Notes: generated by a model not told the origin, from the sequence alone. A stretch of DNA of 64,000 nt from Candidatus Adlerbacteria bacterium (GCA_903851045.1 CAINNF010000023.1:202-64201); one strand, 5' to 3'; shown: positions 9,002 through 22,485, counted from the stretch's first letter. Program-made: numbers and translations.

Positions 9002-10435
9002 TTACCCTAGGTTTTGGATTTTCTTCCCTAGTTCGAACAGTGCAGCTTCATCGCCATGTGCCGCAGTGAGTTGGATACCGACGGGGAGCGTCTTCCCTTC
9101 GCGCGTCACGGTGCCCATCGGGACCGAGAGCGCCGGGTTACCAGTGAGGTTGGCGGTCACAGTGAAGATGTCCATGAGATACATAGAAAGCGGGTCGGAC
9201 TTCTCGCCTATCTTGGTCGCCGGACACGGAGCGGTCGGGACAACGATAGCGTCGACGGTCTCGAGCGCTCGCGTGACCTCATCGGTGAGCTTTTGTCGCG
9301 CGAGCCCCGCCTTACCATAGTAGGCGTCATAGTATCCGGCCGAGAGCACGTAGGTACCGAGGATGATGCGACGGCGCACTTCGGGACCGAAGCCAGCCGC
9401 ACGCGACTTTGCATAATCTTCGGTAAGATCTTTTCCTTTGAGCGACAGGCCGTAGCGGATGGAGTCATAGCGCGCGAGATTCGTCGAACTCTCGGCTGGC
9501 ATGATGATGTAGTACACTGCGAGCGCGAGCCCAGCCGAGGGGAGTTCGACATCGACGAGTTCATACCCCTGCGTTTGAAGCTTCGTGAGCACCAGGTCGA
9601 ACTGTGCGAGCACGTCCGCATCGACTCCTTCTTTGAGCAGATGGCGCGGCACACCGACACGTTTGCGACGTGGACGCGCGGCATACTCCCCTTCTCCTAT
9701 CGTCGTACTATCGAGCGGGTCGATACCACGCAACGTGTTGAATATGATCTCCGCATCCTCCACTGACTTAGTGAGTGGGCCGATCTGGTCGAGCGACGAA
9801 CCCATTGCTATCGCACCGAAGCGCGAGACCGCACCGTAGGTTGGTTTGAGCCCCACTAACCCGCAAAAGCTCGCTGGCTCGCGGATGGAGCCGCCAGTGT
9901 CGGTACCAAGCGCGCCAAGCGCCAAGTGTCCCGCGACCGCTGCCGCTGAGCCACCACTGGATCCACCGGGGACTCGCCCTTCGTCGAGCGGGTTCCTCGT
10001 TGGCCCAAAAGCGGAGTTTTCGGTCGAGCCGCCCATCGCGAACTCGTCCATGTTGGTGCGACCGAGAAAGACGACGCCAGCAGCCTTCAATTTTTTGATA
10101 ACGGTCGCGTCATAACTTGCGACATAGTGCTCGAGCATCTTCGACGCGGCGCTCGCGATGCGCCCCTCGATCAAGATATTGTCCTTGATGGCGAGCGGGA
10201 TGCCGAGTAACGGGTGGCTCTCCTTCTTTTCCTTCTCGTCCTGCGCACGACGCGCATCCGCAGCTTTTGCCTGTGCTTCGGCATCGGCAAAGACTTCGAG
10301 GTAGGCGTTGAGAGACGTGTTTCTCTTTTGAATTTCGATAAGACAAGCACGCGCGAGGTCGAGTGAGGTTATCTCCTTAGCCTTGAGCTTCTTTGCGGCC
10401 TCAGTAATCGAGAGCTGTGCGAGTGTGGTTTCCAT
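9002..10435 (-). CDS. gatA: Asp/Glu-tRNA amidotransferase subunit A
   Basis: Amidase signature GGSSGGS, GTDTGGSIR, SNLARYD-like, GPEVRRRIILG. Confidence 0.97.
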   Translation of the reverse strand: METTLAQLSITEAAKKLKAKEITSLDLARACLIEIQKRNTSLNAYLEVFADAEAQAKAADARRAQDEKEKKESHPLLGIPLAIKDNILIEGRIASAASKMLEHYVASYDATVIKKLKAAGVVFLGRTNMDEFAMGGSTENSAFGPTRNPLDEGRVPGGSSGGSAAAVAGHLALGALGTDTGGSIREPASFCGLVGLKPTYGAVSRFGAIAMGSSLDQIGPLTKSVEDAEIIFNTLRGIDPLDSTTIGEGEYAARPRRKRVGVPRHLLKEGVDADVLAQFDLVLTKLQTQGYELVDVELPSAGLALAVYYIIMPAESSTNLARYDSIRYGLSLKGKDLTEDYAKSRAAGFGPEVRRRIILGTYVLSAGYYDAYYGKAGLARQKLTDEVTRALETVDAIVVPTAPCPATKIGEKSDPLSMYLMDIFTVTANLTGNPALSVPMGTVTREGKTLPVGIQLTAAHGDEAALFELGKKIQNLG

Positions 10436-10437
10436 AG

Positions 10438-10740
10438 TTATTCGTCCTTCTGTAGTATCTTGCGCACAGCATTATAGTCGCCCTCACGTTTCGGGAATGC
10501 GGCACGAATCGCCTCCTCCTTCCCCGCCAACTGATCCTCCGCGGCACGCGGGGTGTCGTCACGCATGATGTTGTGATGCGCGGGAGCAATAGGACCAGAT
10601 GCGCTCACCTCGAGCGAACTCACCTGCCCCACATACTCCAAGATGCTCGAGACATCTGTCTGAAGACTCTCCACCTCTTGGTCGCTCAACTGCAACCGTG
10701 CCAACGCAGCCAACCCCTCTATGTCCTCACGGGATATCAT
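10438..10740 (-). CDS. gatC: Asp/Glu-tRNA amidotransferase subunit C
   Basis: LAALARL...ILEYV..MRDD; directly upstream of gatA. Confidence 0.9.
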   Translation of the reverse strand: MISREDIEGLAALARLQLSDQEVESLQTDVSSILEYVGQVSSLEVSASGPIAPAHHNIMRDDTPRAAEDQLAGKEEAIRAAFPKREGDYNAVRKILQKDE

Positions 10741-10753
10741 ACAGGCTATACTA

Positions 10754-13371
<2,618 letters not shown>

Positions 13372-13381
13372 AATCTCCCGG

Positions 13382-14026
13382 TTAGTAGTAGATCCACTTC
13401 AAAAGATTCTCGGAAACGTTCACCTTATGTTGTACGCTGCCCACATCCTTCCAGGAGACCACCACCTGTACTTGTGCTTCCAAACTATTGCAGTGAACAG
13501 CACCACCGTCGCATACGGGCGTGACGATAGACACCGAACGAGTAAAAATGGTGGGCACGATCGTACCTCCAACCGCAGTGTAGGTATACACGTTCGAAGA
13601 CTTATCATAGTTCAATACAGGACAGACATTCCCTGGACACGTCGTGACCGTGTCTCCGATAGAGAGAATGGTACACGTCGCGGAACCGTCACTACTCACA
13701 CAGTTGTTGGTGCTGTTCGGGTTCATATCAAGCCCATACAACCAATCACGACTGTTTAGTTCGTTAGTGTCCCGTTGGAACCGGACAAACTCGATAGCGT
13801 CCTGCGCCAAATAAAAGGCGATGGTCTGGTCCTTGGCGATAAGCGCTTCGTTCAGTCCGCGTGATGCAATCGTGAGCGGTCCTGCTATAGCGACTGTGAG
13901 CACTAAAATAGCCATGAGCGTCTCTATGAGGGTAAAGCCGACTCTCCCAGCACGGAAACGGGTGCACCTGTTCCGTGCATGTGAGACAATCCTGCGTCGT
14001 AAGGTGGTATTCATATCATTCATCAA
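13382..14026 (-). CDS. Type IV minor pilin (PilV-like)
   Basis: G/FTLIETLMAI prepilin cleavage motif. Confidence 0.85.
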   Translation of the reverse strand: MMNDMNTTLRRRIVSHARNRCTRFRAGRVGFTLIETLMAILVLTVAIAGPLTIASRGLNEALIAKDQTIAFYLAQDAIEFVRFQRDTNELNSRDWLYGLDMNPNSTNNCVSSDGSATCTILSIGDTVTTCPGNVCPVLNYDKSSNVYTYTAVGGTIVPTIFTRSVSIVTPVCDGGAVHCNSLEAQVQVVVSWKDVGSVQHKVNVSENLLKWIYY

Positions 14027-14654
14027 ACATGCGTTGCGTGACGGCGGTCTGTATATTGAAGTTCGACGACTGTGATGCAGTCACCTGTACACTACCGGCA
14101 ACGACGGTTGTCACCTTCGGTTGAAGATTATCGTTGAGCGGAGATCCTTCTACATAGAAGGCCAGGTAGGTGATGTTCACCTCGGGCGAGGTCATGGGAG
14201 TGAACGCTCCAGCGCCGATCTGACGCAGTACCTGGCACGTTCCGGATCCGCCCGTACACGTCAAGACCGAACTGTTGACGTTACAGACGTTCGAACCTTG
14301 ACCCGAAAGACAGTAGGTGACCTGCGTACCACCGAATGCCTTGAACGTTAAGTACGACTGCGGCGATGCCATACAATCCTGCGGGTTCGTAAGCGTGCCC
14401 GTTTGGCCGCAGTGATATCGAGTGCCCGTACGCAGTGCGCGCGAAACACTGTCGATAGCTGCGCCAAGATTGTTCACCGCGGCATTGATCCCTTCAGCCT
14501 TTCGAATCGCGACCGACATCGAGAGTAGCGATCCGAGCGCCATAACCATCACGATACTGAACAGGGCGACCGAGACGAGTATCTCGATCAACGTGAACCC
14601 CCTGACTGCACGGTGAGATGTCATATACATAGAGAGAATGGGCTCAGTGTACAA
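14016..14654 (-). CDS. Type IV minor pilin (PilW-like)
   Basis: G/FTLIEILVS; true start probably near 14624. Confidence 0.85.
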   Translation of the reverse strand: MYTEPILSMYMTSHRAVRGFTLIEILVSVALFSIVMVMALGSLLSMSVAIRKAEGINAAVNNLGAAIDSVSRALRTGTRYHCGQTGTLTNPQDCMASPQSYLTFKAFGGTQVTYCLSGQGSNVCNVNSSVLTCTGGSGTCQVLRQIGAGAFTPMTSPEVNITYLAFYVEGSPLNDNLQPKVTTVVAGSVQVTASQSSNFNIQTAVTQRMFDE

Positions 14655-15316
14655 ATCGGATCTACAGCGACCTGACCGGTCGAATAGATGTGTATACCGC
14701 GTTTCGTGCCATCGGTCGCCATGATCTGCACGTATGCCACATTATACGTATCGCCAGCAATTGGTGTGTAACTTGGGAACACACCTTGATATGCGTATAC
14801 CATCGCATCGGGATTCGGGCGAATGAACAAAATGTCGAGAGCGGAGATCGATGCCGTTCCGGAGGTGTCATCGGGACCAGAGCACCGTTTGACCGGAGCG
14901 CTGACGCTATTTAATCCGACCGCGCAAAACTCACTAATAGAAAAATTTTGGTTCAGATTGAACGTCTGATCAATCGGGTCGCTCGTATACATATGATCGT
15001 TGTTCGAATCCGCGAACATGATGTACTGATGCGCATAACTGTTCGAGAAGAAGAGGCCGTGTGCCGTAGCGAACGTTCCAACGCTCGTCGGCGTCGGCCG
15101 AACCGAGATACCATACACCTGCGCTTGCCGAACCGATAGGGCGATAGAGTAGGTGAGACTCCTCATGAGCGTCGAGGAATCGAACTTCGTCTGCCGGTTG
15201 AAGAACACGAGCGTAATGACCGACATTATCACCAGCACGGTCAAAAGCTCGATCAGAGTGAATCCTCTTTGTGCGCGTCCCCGATTTCGACTATGTATGA
15301 CGATCTGTTTCATCAA
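14621..15316 (-). CDS. Type IV minor pilin (FimT/GspH-like)
   Basis: [10 protein letters not shown]; SVRQAQVYG. Confidence 0.85.
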   Translation of the reverse strand: MMKQIVIHSRNRGRAQRGFTLIELLTVLVIMSVITLVFFNRQTKFDSSTLMRSLTYSIALSVRQAQVYGISVRPTPTSVGTFATAHGLFFSNSYAHQYIMFADSNNDHMYTSDPIDQTFNLNQNFSISEFCAVGLNSVSAPVKRCSGPDDTSGTASISALDILFIRPNPDAMVYAYQGVFPSYTPIAGDTYNVAYVQIMATDGTKRGIHIYSTGQVAVDPICTLSPFSLCI

Positions 15317-15876
15317 TTACGCGCGTAATATTGATAGGTGTAGGTGTTATCAGCCGACCCGATCCAATTCCCAACCTGTGTGCATCCGCTCGACCCCTTT
15401 GCTTCCTGTACGGCACCGATCAAATAACTAGTACCATCGCTCCAATACGCATAGAACTGGGCACCACCGCAACCGGTACCGACATAGGCATTCTTCCCCG
15501 GATCATGCGGGACCGTCGTCATATATCTGGCAGATATGAGCGAATATAGTGGGTTGCAGGCCGTGTTCGTGTAATTAGGATCTGCCGGATTGGTCCAGCA
15601 GGTGTTGTTGCTACCCGCTCCTCCGACTGGATAGTGCCCAGTATCTCGGTAGTACATCTCGACCCCGCCCTGTATCATCTCGATATCCTTCATGCGCTGT
15701 GCGTCACGAGACTTCACACGAGAGGTCTGCACCGAAGTGAGCACTATCGAGGCAAGTATACCTATTATCGCCACAACCACGAGCAACTCGATGAGAGTGA
15801 ACCCCGAACAGACGCTACGCGTCCTCGGGGCAGGCCCTGCGTCAGAACAACGAGATAGTGGAGAAGAGGTCGACAT
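15313..15876 (-). CDS. Type IV pilin/GspG-like pseudopilin
   Basis: [29 protein letters not shown]; start uncertain. Confidence 0.85.
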   Translation of the reverse strand: MSTSSPLSRCSDAGPAPRTRSVCSGFTLIELLVVVAIIGILASIVLTSVQTSRVKSRDAQRMKDIEMIQGGVEMYYRDTGHYPVGGAGSNNTCWTNPADPNYTNTACNPLYSLISARYMTTVPHDPGKNAYVGTGCGGAQFYAYWSDGTSYLIGAVQEAKGSSGCTQVGNWIGSADNTYTYQYYARN

Positions 15877-16639
15877 GGAAGAAAAAGGCAATCGCGGCCC
15901 CGAGGGCCAGGTACGGTCCGAACGGGATCTCACTTCGTATTGTAAACCTCTCTGTGGTCTTATGCGAACCGAACATGGGGGTAAGGCGCTGCAGAGCTAT
16001 AAGCACAAGGCCGACCAAGGCGCCGCTCCAGACTCCCAACAGCAGCGCGGTACCGCCGAGAGAAAGCCCGAGTATGTTCCCGAGCGACAGCTCCAAAAGG
16101 CTGTCCGCCCACCCCATCCATCTACCGCGTGACACCAAGGAGAGTAAGAACAGCGGGAGCGCGAGCAGTACGCCCGCAGACAGATCGACGGCCGCCACAG
16201 GATGCAACACGAAGGATACGACCGACAGAAAAAGCAGTAGGAGCGAACTCGACCACGGGATGATCATGTGCCGCGCATCGTACACCACGATAAATAGTAT
16301 GGTCAGCCACACCAACAACCAGAATCCGTACAACATCGGCTGTGTGGGATACAAAAAGAAGATACCGAGCGACACAACCCCCGCCAACGCCTCAACGAGC
16401 GGGTACTGCCACGAAATAGCCGTACCACAGTAGCGACAACGCCCACCCAAGTACGCGTATGACAGGATCGGTACCAGGTCGAACGCACTCAGGGTATGAT
16501 TGCAGCGCATACAGCGCGAACGACCACCCATCCCCTTCCCCGTGTTGAAACGAAATAAAAGCGCATTGAGAAAACTTCCGAATATCACCCCGAAACCGGC
16601 GGCTCCCGCTCCCAGAACCACAACAAGTCCGTCCGACAT
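15842..16639 (-). CDS. pilD: Prepilin peptidase
   Basis: GSFLN, SRCxxC...CxxC, MGWAD, IPFGPYL. Confidence 0.9.
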   Translation of the reverse strand: MSDGLVVVLGAGAAGFGVIFGSFLNALLFRFNTGKGMGGRSRCMRCNHTLSAFDLVPILSYAYLGGRCRYCGTAISWQYPLVEALAGVVSLGIFFLYPTQPMLYGFWLLVWLTILFIVVYDARHMIIPWSSSLLLLFLSVVSFVLHPVAAVDLSAGVLLALPLFLLSLVSRGRWMGWADSLLELSLGNILGLSLGGTALLLGVWSGALVGLVLIALQRLTPMFGSHKTTERFTIRSEIPFGPYLALGAAIAFFFHVDLFSTISLF

Positions 16640-17227
16640 CTATTGGTTCGTTACATCATAACAACTAATGACACTGGTGCTGCACGGGGTCGCTATCGCG
16701 GTATTTGCGCACGACAAACTACAACCACTAAAATCTGCGCTCGGGTTACTACCACTACAGCCGGACGTCGACGTGGCGACAGCATTTGCGTTTTGTGTGA
16801 AATTGCCCGTTCCATTAGCGGCTGGCGCTTCGAGCGCCGCACCAAGGTGATACATGGTCACGTTCGACACGTTTGCTCCAACGCAGTTATGCCCGCCCGC
16901 CACATTGATCGCGGTATAGAAATACTGGGCGCTGTTGCTTACCTGCCCAGCGCCAAGTGGATCAGTCGGGACGTTGGTCATGTAGGCAGAAAGTCCACCA
17001 CCATAGATGCTCGGTAGATAATGAAGATTATCGTTATAGTACTCTTCTTGAGCCAGCTGGATGCTTTTAATATCCGAGATGCGTCGCGCGTCGCGACCTT
17101 TCGCACGAGAGGACGTAAGCGACACCATGATAATGGACGCGAGGATACCGATAATAGCTATCACGACGAGGAGTTCAATGAGAGTAAAACCCTTCGGTGC
17201 ACATAGGCGACTCTTGGAAATGGACAT
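16640..17227 (-). CDS. Type IV pilin
   Basis: [32 protein letters not shown]. Confidence 0.88.
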   Translation of the reverse strand: MSISKSRLCAPKGFTLIELLVVIAIIGILASIIMVSLTSSRAKGRDARRISDIKSIQLAQEEYYNDNLHYLPSIYGGGLSAYMTNVPTDPLGAGQVSNSAQYFYTAINVAGGHNCVGANVSNVTMYHLGAALEAPAANGTGNFTQNANAVATSTSGCSGSNPSADFSGCSLSCANTAIATPCSTSVISCYDVTNQ

Positions 17228-17248
17228 ATATCTAGTATACCCTAAAAG

Positions 17249-17279
17249 AAAATCCCCAACCGTTCGGCTGGGGATTTTC
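17249..17279 (-). terminator. Terminator after the putative major pilin
   Basis: AAAATCCCCA...TGGGGATTTT hairpin. Confidence 0.7.
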
Positions 17280-17293
17280 AAATGTGTGCGAAC

Positions 17294-17773
17294 CTAGCAA
17301 CCAGTAGCTCCGTAGGTGACGCTGCCACCAGTCGATGTAGCCGTGAAGTAGGCGCCGGGTGAATTCCCACCGTTACCATTCTCAAGGTAGGTACAAACTC
17401 TGAAGTTTTGTGTCGTCAACGGAGAACCCTTACCAGAGATCGAGTATTGGCACGTTGCAGACAAGGCGCTACCGAACGAACAAGCCGTGCCACCGGCACC
17501 AACCGAAGGATCGGCATACGTACTAAGCGACGTGGTCGCGTTGCAGGTATTTACATTGCTGCCGCTCGTACAAGAAATTCCCACAGCCGGGTCCGTATCT
17601 GCGACCATGATCGCCTTTGCCATTTCCTGCAAAGATGCGACACGGCTCGCATCACGACTCTTGGTACGAGCACTAGTAAGCGAGACAAGCACGATAGACG
17701 CGAGAATACCGATGATGGCGATGACCACCAAGAGTTCGATGAGGGTAAAACCTTGGGTGAGCGATTTACGCAT
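17294..17773 (-). CDS. Type IV pilin (probable major pilin)
   Basis: [18 protein letters not shown]; own AT-rich leader and terminator. Confidence 0.88.
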   Translation of the reverse strand: MRKSLTQGFTLIELLVVIAIIGILASIVLVSLTSARTKSRDASRVASLQEMAKAIMVADTDPAVGISCTSGSNVNTCNATTSLSTYADPSVGAGGTACSFGSALSATCQYSISGKGSPLTTQNFRVCTYLENGNGGNSPGAYFTATSTGGSVTYGATGC

Positions 17774-17883
17774 ATAAATAATTTACTTAATAATCTGCGT
17801 TAGCTAAAGGTGCAGATAGGTAAAGTATACACCCCCTCTCTACGGAGTCTAAAACCTTGTGTGGATAAGGTTTTGAGCAGTTC

Positions 17884-19098
17884 CTAGATACTGCTCGTCG
17901 AATTATAGATTGGCAACAACACTGACGCGAGCAGGAAGCCGACACCGAGCGCCAACATGACGATGAGCGCCGGCTCGATAAGGGACACGAGGGTGTCGAC
18001 GGCGGCATTTACTTCACGGTTATAGAATCGAGCCATGCGCTCGAGGATATTGCTCATCTCTCCGGTCTCCTCACCGATCTGGATCATCTGTACCATAATC
18101 GCCGGGACCTCCTCGGGATAGCGACCGAGCATTTGTGAAAGCGTGTTGCCTGATTTCACTCCCTCGAGCGCATCCAACATGATAATCGAATAGATCTCAT
18201 TCTCGATGACGGTCGCAGTCACCTCGAGCGAATGCACAACCGAGATGCCGGAGGAGAGCATCACATGCATATTGTCGGCGAACCGGGCAAGATAGAGCTT
18301 TTGATACAGTTGCCCGACGTAGGGTATCGAGAGCTTGAGCCGACTCATACCAACCTTACCTTGCGGAGTTTGCGCATATCGATACATGAAGTACCCGCCG
18401 ACGATGAGAGCAATGAGTATAAAGATGCCATAGTCGGTCAAAAAAGAACTGAGATCGAGCACGATCTGGGTGTAAATGGGGAGCTGTTGCCCATCGCTCG
18501 CAAGGATAGAACCTATCTTCGGGATAACGAACGTGAGCATGAGCACCATGACCGCCACGAACGTCGTCATGATGAACGCCGGATATATGAGCGCGTTGCG
18601 CGCTTTCGAGGTGAGTTCGTAGGAACGATCAATGTAATCGGCAAGATACTGGAAGGTCTGGTCAAGCTTGCCAGACTCTTCTCCTGCGCGCACCATGTTG
18701 ACATAAAAGTCTGAGAACACCTCCGGGTGGCGTTGGAGGGCTTCAGAGATACTTGAACCTGACTGGAGGTTATCACTCACGTCGGTGAGGACGACCCGCA
18801 GATGCTGCTTTCCTGATTGTTCGGCAAGAAGGCGGAATACACGGAGCGCCGACACCTGCGCTTCGAACAACGTCGAGATCTGGCGCGAAAGGATGACCAC
18901 GTCTCGATTCGACACACCACCGAAGAACGGTATGTTTCCTAATAAGGAAGAGAGGGCGCTCTGTTTCGGTTCGGCGATCGATGTAATGGTGAAACCGCGC
19001 CGTTGGAGCATCTGGATCGCGGCCTCTTGAGAGACAGCGTTCACAACGCCCGCCTGCGCCTTCCCCTGTTGATCGAGTGCTTCGTAATGAAATTCCAT
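17884..19098 (-). CDS. pilC: Type IV pilus platform protein PilC/GspF
   Basis: GEESGKLD, ALIYP, IGEETG, LIEP. Confidence 0.93.
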   Translation of the reverse strand: MEFHYEALDQQGKAQAGVVNAVSQEAAIQMLQRRGFTITSIAEPKQSALSSLLGNIPFFGGVSNRDVVILSRQISTLFEAQVSALRVFRLLAEQSGKQHLRVVLTDVSDNLQSGSSISEALQRHPEVFSDFYVNMVRAGEESGKLDQTFQYLADYIDRSYELTSKARNALIYPAFIMTTFVAVMVLMLTFVIPKIGSILASDGQQLPIYTQIVLDLSSFLTDYGIFILIALIVGGYFMYRYAQTPQGKVGMSRLKLSIPYVGQLYQKLYLARFADNMHVMLSSGISVVHSLEVTATVIENEIYSIIMLDALEGVKSGNTLSQMLGRYPEEVPAIMVQMIQIGEETGEMSNILERMARFYNREVNAAVDTLVSLIEPALIVMLALGVGFLLASVLLPIYNSTSSI

Positions 19099-19103
19099 AG
19101 CAG

Positions 19104-20168
19104 TTACAAGAGGCGTTCCAGAGACTTAACGTTCCATGAGCGTGCGTACGCGTTCTCGATCGTTATCTCTCCTTGGCGTACGAGTTCTGCGAGCGCGCGG
19201 TTCATGTCTATCATACCGAGCTCGGCGCCGGTTTCGATGACCGTCTGGATCTCATGCGTGCGCTTTTCTCGGATGAGGTTCGCCACCGCATTATCATTGA
19301 GCAAAAGTTCGCATGCAGGCACTAAACCGCCCGAGATACGAGGGATAAGTCGTTGTGAGAAGATGCCTATGAGCGAGGCTGCAAGCTGAACGCGGATCTG
19401 GTCCTGCTGGTTCGCGGGAAAAGAGTCGATGATACGGTCTATCGTTTGTGCGGCATTGTTCGTATGGAGCGTCGAGAAGACAAGGTGGCCCGTTTCGGCG
19501 GCTCGCACGGCGGTCGCCATGGTCTCCGGAGTGCGCATCTCCCCTATCATGATGATGTTCACATCCTCTCGAAAGACCGACTCAAGCGCGGTCTCGAAAT
19601 CCTTCGTGTCGACGCGGACCTCGCGCTGTGCTATGACCGAACGCTTATCCTCGAAGAGGTACTCGATAGGATCTTCGATGGTCACGATATGTTCGGACCG
19701 CTCCAGATTGACCTTTTCTATCAATGACGCGAGCGTCGTCGTCTTGCCTTGCCCCACAGGACCGACCACCAGAAAGAATCCCTGCTTCTTTGAAGCGAAC
19801 GACTCGACGATCGGGGGGAGATTCAGCTCCGCGATCGTGGGGATCTTTTTTGGGATCAATCGCAACGCACAGGCGTATTTCCCACGCTCGACGAACCCGT
19901 TCCCGCGAAATCGTGCCTTATTGCCATATCCGTACGAAAAGTCGATCTCCAGCGTCGTTCGAAAACGCTCTTTATGATCAGGCGAGAGCATGGTCGTCAT
20001 GAGACCGAACACATCCTCGTTGGTGAGCACTGGCTCGCTGAGTATCGGCGTCAATGCGCCAGATACGCGAATGATCGGCTGGATACCGACATTAAGATGC
20101 AAGTCGCTCGCACCTTGCGCGATAAGGACGTCTATAAGCGCGGAAAGTCTTTGTTGATAGTCGGCCAT
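19104..20168 (-). CDS. pilT: Pilus retraction ATPase
   Basis: ASDLHL, GQGKTTT, TIEDPIE, AAETGHLVFSTLHT. Confidence 0.93.
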   Translation of the reverse strand: MADYQQRLSALIDVLIAQGASDLHLNVGIQPIIRVSGALTPILSEPVLTNEDVFGLMTTMLSPDHKERFRTTLEIDFSYGYGNKARFRGNGFVERGKYACALRLIPKKIPTIAELNLPPIVESFASKKQGFFLVVGPVGQGKTTTLASLIEKVNLERSEHIVTIEDPIEYLFEDKRSVIAQREVRVDTKDFETALESVFREDVNIIMIGEMRTPETMATAVRAAETGHLVFSTLHTNNAAQTIDRIIDSFPANQQDQIRVQLAASLIGIFSQRLIPRISGGLVPACELLLNDNAVANLIREKRTHEIQTVIETGAELGMIDMNRALAELVRQGEITIENAYARSWNVKSLERLL

Positions 20169-20174
20169 ACTGAT

Positions 20175-22052
20175 TTAGATTTGGATTTCTTTTGTTTTAC
20201 CTGAGACCGTATCACCCTCTTCGTTGAGCGCTAATGCCTCAGGCTCCTCCGTGGGCGTCGGAGCGATCGGCTGTTCCTCGTCGAAGAGATTGAACGTGCC
20301 ACCGAGCGTGTTCACCTCTTCGAACGGCACGACACCATTCGCAGCCTTAATGATAGCATCTTCTTTCATGGTCAGCATACCATTGGCGCGTACAATGGCG
20401 AACATGTCTTGTTCTGATTTTCGCGCCAAGATGGCCGCTTCAAGTTGCGGTGTCATCTCGAAGATCTCCACCACCGCGATACGCCCCTTCGTTCCCGAGG
20501 GACAGGTCGCGGTAGGCGCCAGTCGATAGACTTCAGCGAGTGACGGGATCTGTCCGCGGAACTGTTCGGGAAGGTCCCGAAACTCCTCCTCTAGCATCGT
20601 GGCGATACTCTCGTCGACAGGAACCTTCTTTCCTCCCCCCTCACAGAGCGTCTTCACAAGGCGCTGCGCCATACCAAGGATGAGTACGGGTGGGATAAGG
20701 TAGGGTTCGACACCCATGTCGAGCAGACGCGGGACGATGCCGATGGAGTTATTGGTGTGTATGGTCGAAAGCACCAAGTGACCGGTAAGCGCCGCTTGCA
20801 CGGCCAAATTGGCGGTCTCGCTATCGCGGATCTCGCCGACCATGATGACGTTCGGATCCTGACGCAAGGTGGTACGCAATCCGTTCGCGAACGTATACCC
20901 GATCTCTGGTCGAACTTGCGACTGGGACACGCCGGGGATGGTGTACTCGATAGGATCCTCGAGCGACAGGACATTCTGCTTCTCGCGGTCCATTTCGTTT
21001 AGAATAGCGTAGAGCGAGGTCGACTTACCCGAACCGGTCGGCCCAGACACCAATATAAGTCCGTATGGCTTTTTGATCGCCGCTCGGATAAGGGAGAGGT
21101 CTCGCGCTGAAAACCCAAGACTGTCGAGCGTCAGCTCCTTCGCGGTCGTCCCAAGGATTCGCATCACCACCTTCTCACCATAGTATGTCGGGAACGTAGA
21201 GACACGGAAGTCGACCTTCCCTCCAGCGACGCGCGCCGAGAAACGGCCGTCTTGGGGTTTGCGCTTTTCGTCGAGACGAACGTTCGCCAGCACTTTTATA
21301 CGCGCGACCACCTGGCTGTGTACCTGGGGAGGCAACTTGATGTTCGTCGACAACACGCCATCGATACGAAAACGGACGCGTGTTTGATCGGCGAGCGGTT
21401 CTATATGGATGTCGGAGGCGCGCTGTTCGAACGCGTGCCGAAGCACTGTGGCGACGATCTTGGTGATAGGCGCGTCCAGGGTGATCGCCTCGGACTCCGT
21501 CTCTGCTATCTCCTCCTCAAGGAGCGTAGTATGTTTCCCTTTTTTGTTAGCATCACCGTCACCCCCTTGCTGGTCGTCGTCCGTCAACTCGGTCTCGAGT
21601 TCGTTGAGGGCCTTTCCCACCTCCCCGGACAACCCTTTGTACTGCGTAAGCAACTTATCGAAATCGGTGTCACTGATGAGATAGAGCTTGTACGGCATCC
21701 CGACCTTCGCCGATATGAACGTGAGCGCATCACGCGCTTCGAGATTGTCCGGGTCGGTGACTCCTATCTCGAGCACACCATCGACGATACCGAGCGGCGC
21801 AAAGCGATAGTAGCGAGCGGACTCTTCCGGGATGTATCGTAATATATCGAACGGGATCGGTTTGTCCCCCACATCACGCGTTGGCACACCGAAATATTCC
21901 CCTTTGACCTTCAGGATATCTGCGGGAGGTACACCGGCATGCACCAATACGAATTCTGGCTGACTACCGGGTTTTGCGAGCTCGGCTCGTAACTGGAGAA
22001 CCTGGGCATGATTGATGGTCCCATTCTGTTCGAGTAATGCGAGAAGGTCCAT
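20175..22052 (-). CDS. pilB: Pilus assembly ATPase PilB/GspE
   Basis: ASDIHIEP, PQDGR, GPTGSGKS, LRQDPNVIMVGEIRD. Confidence 0.93.
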   Translation of the reverse strand: MDLLALLEQNGTINHAQVLQLRAELAKPGSQPEFVLVHAGVPPADILKVKGEYFGVPTRDVGDKPIPFDILRYIPEESARYYRFAPLGIVDGVLEIGVTDPDNLEARDALTFISAKVGMPYKLYLISDTDFDKLLTQYKGLSGEVGKALNELETELTDDDQQGGDGDANKKGKHTTLLEEEIAETESEAITLDAPITKIVATVLRHAFEQRASDIHIEPLADQTRVRFRIDGVLSTNIKLPPQVHSQVVARIKVLANVRLDEKRKPQDGRFSARVAGGKVDFRVSTFPTYYGEKVVMRILGTTAKELTLDSLGFSARDLSLIRAAIKKPYGLILVSGPTGSGKSTSLYAILNEMDREKQNVLSLEDPIEYTIPGVSQSQVRPEIGYTFANGLRTTLRQDPNVIMVGEIRDSETANLAVQAALTGHLVLSTIHTNNSIGIVPRLLDMGVEPYLIPPVLILGMAQRLVKTLCEGGGKKVPVDESIATMLEEEFRDLPEQFRGQIPSLAEVYRLAPTATCPSGTKGRIAVVEIFEMTPQLEAAILARKSEQDMFAIVRANGMLTMKEDAIIKAANGVVPFEEVNTLGGTFNLFDEEQPIAPTPTEEPEALALNEEGDTVSGKTKEIQI

Positions 22053-22056
22053 AGTC

Positions 22057-22485
22057 CTATTGTGCGTACCGCATCGTTGGTCGCCTGATTGCAGGTGGAG
22101 TGCTTGTCGACTGGACCATCGGAACGGTAATCGTTTGCTGCGTCGTCACCGTCGTCGTCGCGAACGTGAACGGCAAGAATGGATTTCGTCTGCCGACGTT
22201 CTCCGGCACGATAGCGACACTAAAGTCATTGAGCGAAAGGTAGATCGGGTCACTAAATATCGCGTCGTTCAATTGTATGGTACGCAAGTTCGCCAGGACG
22301 ACCAACAACTGCTGGGATTGCTGTGTTTGGTCTCCTAAGGCGCCACCGGTCGAAAGGAGCGCCGTATCTCCCCCCTTACTCATGAAGAACGTGTAGTACA
22401 CGATACCGAACACGAAGAGTGCGACAACGAGCATCAGCACTTTATTTTGTTTGATAAAAGTTAGCATACGGTTTAATGAAGCCAA
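22057..22485 (-). CDS. Pilus-cluster membrane protein (PilP position)
   Basis: N-terminal TM, GRRNPF motif; located between pilO and pilB. Confidence 0.6.
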   Translation of the reverse strand: MASLNRMLTFIKQNKVLMLVVALFVFGIVYYTFFMSKGGDTALLSTGGALGDQTQQSQQLLVVLANLRTIQLNDAIFSDPIYLSLNDFSVAIVPENVGRRNPFLPFTFATTTVTTQQTITVPMVQSTSTPPAIRRPTMRYAQ

